In this document: positions 60,361-64,000 of the stretch, one piece after another
Position numbering within the stretch: position 1 is the stretch's first letter
Layout: each line of letters starts with the position of its first letter
Assembly: GCF_964188315.1 (NCBI RefSeq)
Contig: NC_135657.1
Location: 83,328,001-83,392,000 of the forward strand
Source of the DNA: Podarcis muralis
Lineage: Eukaryota
Direction of reading: 5' to 3'
Length of the DNA: 64,000 nt
Program-made: the position numbers and the translations under genes
Notes under the pieces: generated by a model
Database searches by the model: none
The model's input: the letters and a program-made list of their open reading frames with translations, nothing else
Told to the model about the DNA's origin: nothing

Positions 60361-61527
60361 CTTCTGCACAGGGAAGATCCTCAAAAAGATAACAGTAGGC
60401 CTGGGATGCCTCTGCAATGCTTTCTTACTGAGTCTATTTGGGGTGGGGGGTGTCATCAAGCTGGTAGGAAGGCCAAGAGCAATACTAGCAAGACAAAATG
60501 GCAGCATTGGTCTCTGACTTCCCTCCAAGTTGGCTGGCATACCCCTTATCATTGAAGCTTCCTAGATTTCCCCTAATTTTGCACTAGTGTGCCTGGTGGA
60601 TTCTTTTGCCAGGGACCTGAAACCTCACTAGCTCTTTTAGAGGGGGTGGCAGTAGTAATGTGAGGGTTTGCAAAAGGTTCAGCCTGTAGCCTGATTAAGG
60701 AAGATCAATACACCCAGGTTGAAGAAACTGGCCATTTCTGTTCATTCATCTTTATGGTGCAATCCTACAAAGCCTTACACAAAAGCAAGTTCAATGGGAC
60801 TTTTTCTCAGAGTAGATATAGGAGCACAGTCCTAATAATGCTTCCCAACTCCTTATCTAGTAAATACATTAAGCAGAACTGCTTTTGGGCCAAACTACAT
60901 GCCAATGTTTGAGTGACAGTCCACTGCTTCTGCTGCCCTGAGAGCACAAGCCAACAGCTGTCTTCTGTCACTATAACGGAGTTAGGGTTCTGAGATATCC
61001 CATATTATTTAGGGAATAGGACACATCACTAAAGTAGCAAAAGGTGGTATTTATTTTGAAATCTGTTTTTATAGTGATGCTTTCAACTCATCCTAACCCT
61101 ATTATTATTTTTCTTAGATTAGAGTGCCCTCTAGTGCCTAACTATTTCCTGCAGACTTTTCCTTCGCCGGATCTTTCCTGTTTCCTAAGAAAGCTTATCT
61201 TGGGAAACCCAACTTGCCACTGGGCTTATTCTCTCTAGAACACTAAGGCTCTTCTAGCCCTTTTCCTGGTGCTAATTCTCTTCTCTTGCTCTGTTCTCCT
61301 CCACAGCTTTCCTCATCCCTGTGGTTTAAATGGCAGCTGAGGCAATGTTAAGGTTTAAGGCACCAAATATCTGAAAAAGATGCCCTTCGCCTTTGGAATG
61401 GCCTCAGTTTCTGAGCTGCATCTTCTCACCACCACATGGACATAGTATTGTTGGCAGATGAAATCACACTTCTATGCTCAGGGTTCTACAGAGGGGTGAG
61501 GTGTATTTGCACTTGAATTTCTGTTAC

Positions 61528-61642
61528 CTCAATAGGCGTTTTCATCACACCCAGTCCAAGGTTTTCAGATATTATAAACGCGCTAGCTACCCAGGTACTA
61601 ATGGTATCAGGAACAGTGACATTCAGTGTTGTTTCAGTCGAT
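61528..61642 (-). CDS. CD109: CD109 exon, 115 nt: STETTLNVTVPDTISTWVASAFIISENLGLGVMKTPIE
   Basis: Polypyrimidine+TAG acceptor, GTAACA donor, phase 2-0; VPDTITxW A2M-family motif. Confidence 0.95.
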
Positions 61643-62117
61643 CTAAAAATGAAAAGAAAACAGAAATATAATTTCAGAAGGATAAACATCAACAATGGTC
61701 AGTAAATCTAGGCTGATTTTCCTGGTGGAGTAATGAATGATTTGCTAAATCAAGTTAATGGTTTGAGGAAAGATTTGCAAAGGTACAAATGAAGGCTATG
61801 CATTCAGTTTCTACATAAGGGCCATGGTTCTATTCATATTTTATGAGATAAGGGTGCTTGCCACATACATATCGGTGTTTTGGAGTGGAAGACACTTTGA
61901 AGCGGTAAGCAAAAATATGTGTTTATAAGCATGGAGCAGAAAGGACACGTGCTAAAGGATCCAAGATTGGCAGCATACCCCTGACATATGCCCACTACTT
62001 GCTACAAATATGCACTTCTGCTTTACACTGTGCTTGATGTTTTAATTTGTTGGAAGCTGCCCAAAGTGGCTGGGGAATAATAAGAATGGATATGTAAAGA
62101 AAACCCTTTCTGTTTAC

Positions 62118-62247
62118 CTTGTTGTGATTTCACGCCAAATCCATGTCTCTGGAAAATTTGTCCTTATATGGGGATTTTCAAAACCAACAGACTCTCTTGG
62201 GGGCTCCAGATGATGCTGAAATTCTAAAGCTGAGCTATAATCCATAA
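62118..62247 (-). CDS. CD109: CD109 exon, 130 nt (bait-region equivalent to FPETWIW)
   Basis: CCCCAG acceptor, GTAAAC donor, phase 1-2; MDYSSALEFQHHLEPPRESVGFENPHIRTNFPETWIWREITT contains the A2M-family FPETW motif. Confidence 0.93.
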
Positions 62248-62476
62248 CTGGGGGGGAAGAGAGAATACTGTAACATTCTCTTCATATAATTTCAGTGTTT
62301 AAAATCTACACTGCATCCTAAATTGTGTCACTTTTTTTCAACACACACACACACACACATATATAATTTTATTTGCTTAATTGAAATAAACAAAAGAAAG
62401 GAACACTTGCTTTATGTTCTACATACATTGCATGAGCCAAAAACAAAGAATTATACTTGATGTTACTTTTACTTAC

Positions 62477-62537
62477 AGCCTTCATAGTTTTCATCTTCTG
62501 GAAGGCTGGCGTCAGTCAATACCCAGAGTTTGCAATT
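62477..62537 (-). CDS. CD109: CD109 exon, 61 nt: NCKLWVLTDASLPEDENYEG
   Basis: TTTAG acceptor, GTAAGT donor, phase 0-1; matches human ECGLWVLTDANL. Confidence 0.9.
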
Positions 62538-62880
62538 CTAAACACAATATATAAAAATAACTTTAAATTTAAAAAATATGCAACATGTGAACCATTTTTG
62601 TCAACCTATATTTTATTTCTTTTTACTAACATACATTTTTACTTTACATATTTTAAAGCATGCATAAATAAACAGCATTTTTAGTTTAGAAAATAAAAGC
62701 TAGCTTTGTGTGGAAGAAAGTCAGTATCTACAGAGGACTGAGTTTTCTTCTCTCCAATTGCATCTGAAAACACAAGCATACTAATGAATGGAATTGCCTA
62801 CTGAGTAACCCTTACCAAACTTTTATTTTCTTTAATACATCAAAACAATGGAAAAGTACATATGCATTTTAAAACTGTAC

Positions 62881-62955
62881 CTGAAAGACACCATATGAAC
62901 TTCTGGCTGCACCATAATCAAGTCCTCTATTATATAAACTTAGCTCATGATGAAT
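62881..62955 (-). CDS. CD109: CD109 exon, 75 nt: IHHELSLYNRGLDYGAARSSYGVFQ
   Basis: TTTAG acceptor, GTACAG donor, phase 0-0; matches human VVHELELYNTGYYLGMFMNSFAVFQ. Confidence 0.9.
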
Positions 62956-63224
62956 CTAAAATAATAGTAATAGTACTTAGTTTTCATAGGAGAAACCAAA
63001 ATAAATTCAATTAATCATGATCACATAGATCTTGTTTTAACAAAGAATATTCTACTTAGCAAGAGTCTTATCTGTAAGAATAACAAAAATTGTAAGACAC
63101 AATAATAATAAAAGTCAACAAAAACAGTTATCTGCCACTTAGCTGTTATGATACTTTAAAATTGAGTATGTACAGAATTGTTAACAAAATCCTTGCAAAA
63201 ATACAATGGGAATCAATAAAAATG

Positions 63225-63475
63225 TTTTCTCACTTCCCCTGTATCTCTACCACTTACCACAGGTTTGTCAATAGTTTCTCACTTTTTCTACACCATGCAT
63301 AATTTTATACATCTCTATCATATCCCACTTTATTCACTATATTTCCAAACTAAAAAGCCTAAAATGTTGCAACCTTTCTTCATGGGGAAGTTGCTCTAGC
63401 CCCTTGATAATTTCAGGTGCCCCTTCCTGTACCTTTCCCACTTTTTGAGGTGCAGGAACCAGAACGGTACAAACT
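63225..63475 (-). mobile_element. CR1 LINE ORF2 C-terminal fragment in CD109 intron
   Basis: Minus strand contains IKGLEQLPHEERLQHFRLFSLE-like and DMIEMYKIMHGVEKV-like stretches. Confidence 0.7.
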
Positions 63476-63916
63476 TTTATTCTCTAATGCTTTTTGCCAT
63501 CCCATACTATAAAAAGGCCACTCCTGGAACTTCCGACAGCTTCAGGAAGGTTGGGAAGTAACACTCTTGTAACAATATGTTACTTATATGCTCAGCTTCC
63601 CTGAAAACCTCCCCTACATACTAAAGGATAAAGCTGGCAAGTTGGCAAGAACTGTAGATTGGGGTCAGGAGGAAGATGGAAGCACCAGTATTGTTGTGTG
63701 TCTCTCATTCTACTTCCCACAAAAGGATCATATAATTCTCCCCAATTCATGCTCTCAAGCTGTGAAAACAGATTCTTCCCATTCTTTGCTTCTTAGGCCC
63801 ACTTCATGGAGGCTTACTTTAACAGTATAATGACAAAGCTCACAATCAAATCTAATAGCTGCTCCTACACAGTTCTAAAATACACTTCAAACATTTCTTT
63901 TCTTTCAGAAACTTAC

Positions 63917-64000
63917 AGCATCCTCTGTGATATCACTTCTTTTCCCCAGGAGCTTTGTGCTTTTGTCAACAACCAGAAGACCAATGGTTGTTTTTGGTTC
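63917..64000 (-). CDS. CD109: CD109 exon (5'-truncated by window): EPKTTIGLLVVDKSTKLLGKRSDITEDA
   Basis: Open frame to GTAAGT donor; matches human QPDSIVGIVAVDKSVNLMNASNDITMEN. Confidence 0.9.

Larger units (their letters stand above)
31185..64000 (-). other. CD109: CD109 gene, 3' portion (19 coding exons; 5' part lies beyond the window end)
   Basis: 19 GT-AG exons read manually chain in frame with matching phases into 860 aa. The product is collinear with human CD109 as recalled (…FPETWIW…[18 protein letters not shown]…RRRRS…QEAFDLDV…VDYYEPRRAVRSYNSEV). Probably equivalent to human exons 15-33. Confidence 0.96.

Noticed and set aside
60049-60552. Longest ORF in the window (167 aa, CD109 sense strand)
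   Set aside because: Half of it is antisense SINE sequence, it has no A2M-family similarity, and the CD109 exons flanking this intron join in frame without it.
1-64000. Prokaryotic operon, defence island or CRISPR array
   Set aside because: Spliced vertebrate gene, SINE/LINE content and low coding density; no regularly spaced repeat-spacer array was seen.

Overview
Vertebrate (eukaryotic) genomic DNA, most likely from a squamate reptile and probably a lacertid lizard, judged from five Sauria SINEs and Squam-type SINEs. The right half (31185-64000, minus strand) holds the 3' part of CD109, a GPI-anchored thioester protein of the alpha-2-macroglobulin/complement family. I could chain 19 coding exons, all GT-AG and phase-consistent: 2583 nt, 860 codons plus stop, with the first exon cut by the window edge. 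The thioester GCGEQ, the reactivity-determining His (VLHTEL), the furin site RRRR and a hydrophobic C-terminal tail are all intact. The left half (1-31 kb) is CD109 3' UTR and intergenic DNA with no gene I can identify. It is rich in SINEs, CR1/L1/L2 fragments, MITEs, solo LTRs and microsatellites, and has one 185-N assembly gap. There is no prokaryotic operon, CRISPR array or true tRNA/rRNA gene, and I do not see a demonstrably new biological system. The best leads are: (i) two solo LTRs with identical 54-nt 5' ends but different promoter cores; (ii) one of these LTRs points at a donor/acceptor pair and could drive an unannotated spliced transcript; (iii) a MITE-in-MITE insertion with a 29-bp internal hairpin; (iv) a 90-bp hAT-type MITE with a perfect 8-bp TSD; (v) several unexplained exon-like minus-strand segments downstream of CD109. 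All family names and orthologue comparisons come from recall, not from database searches.
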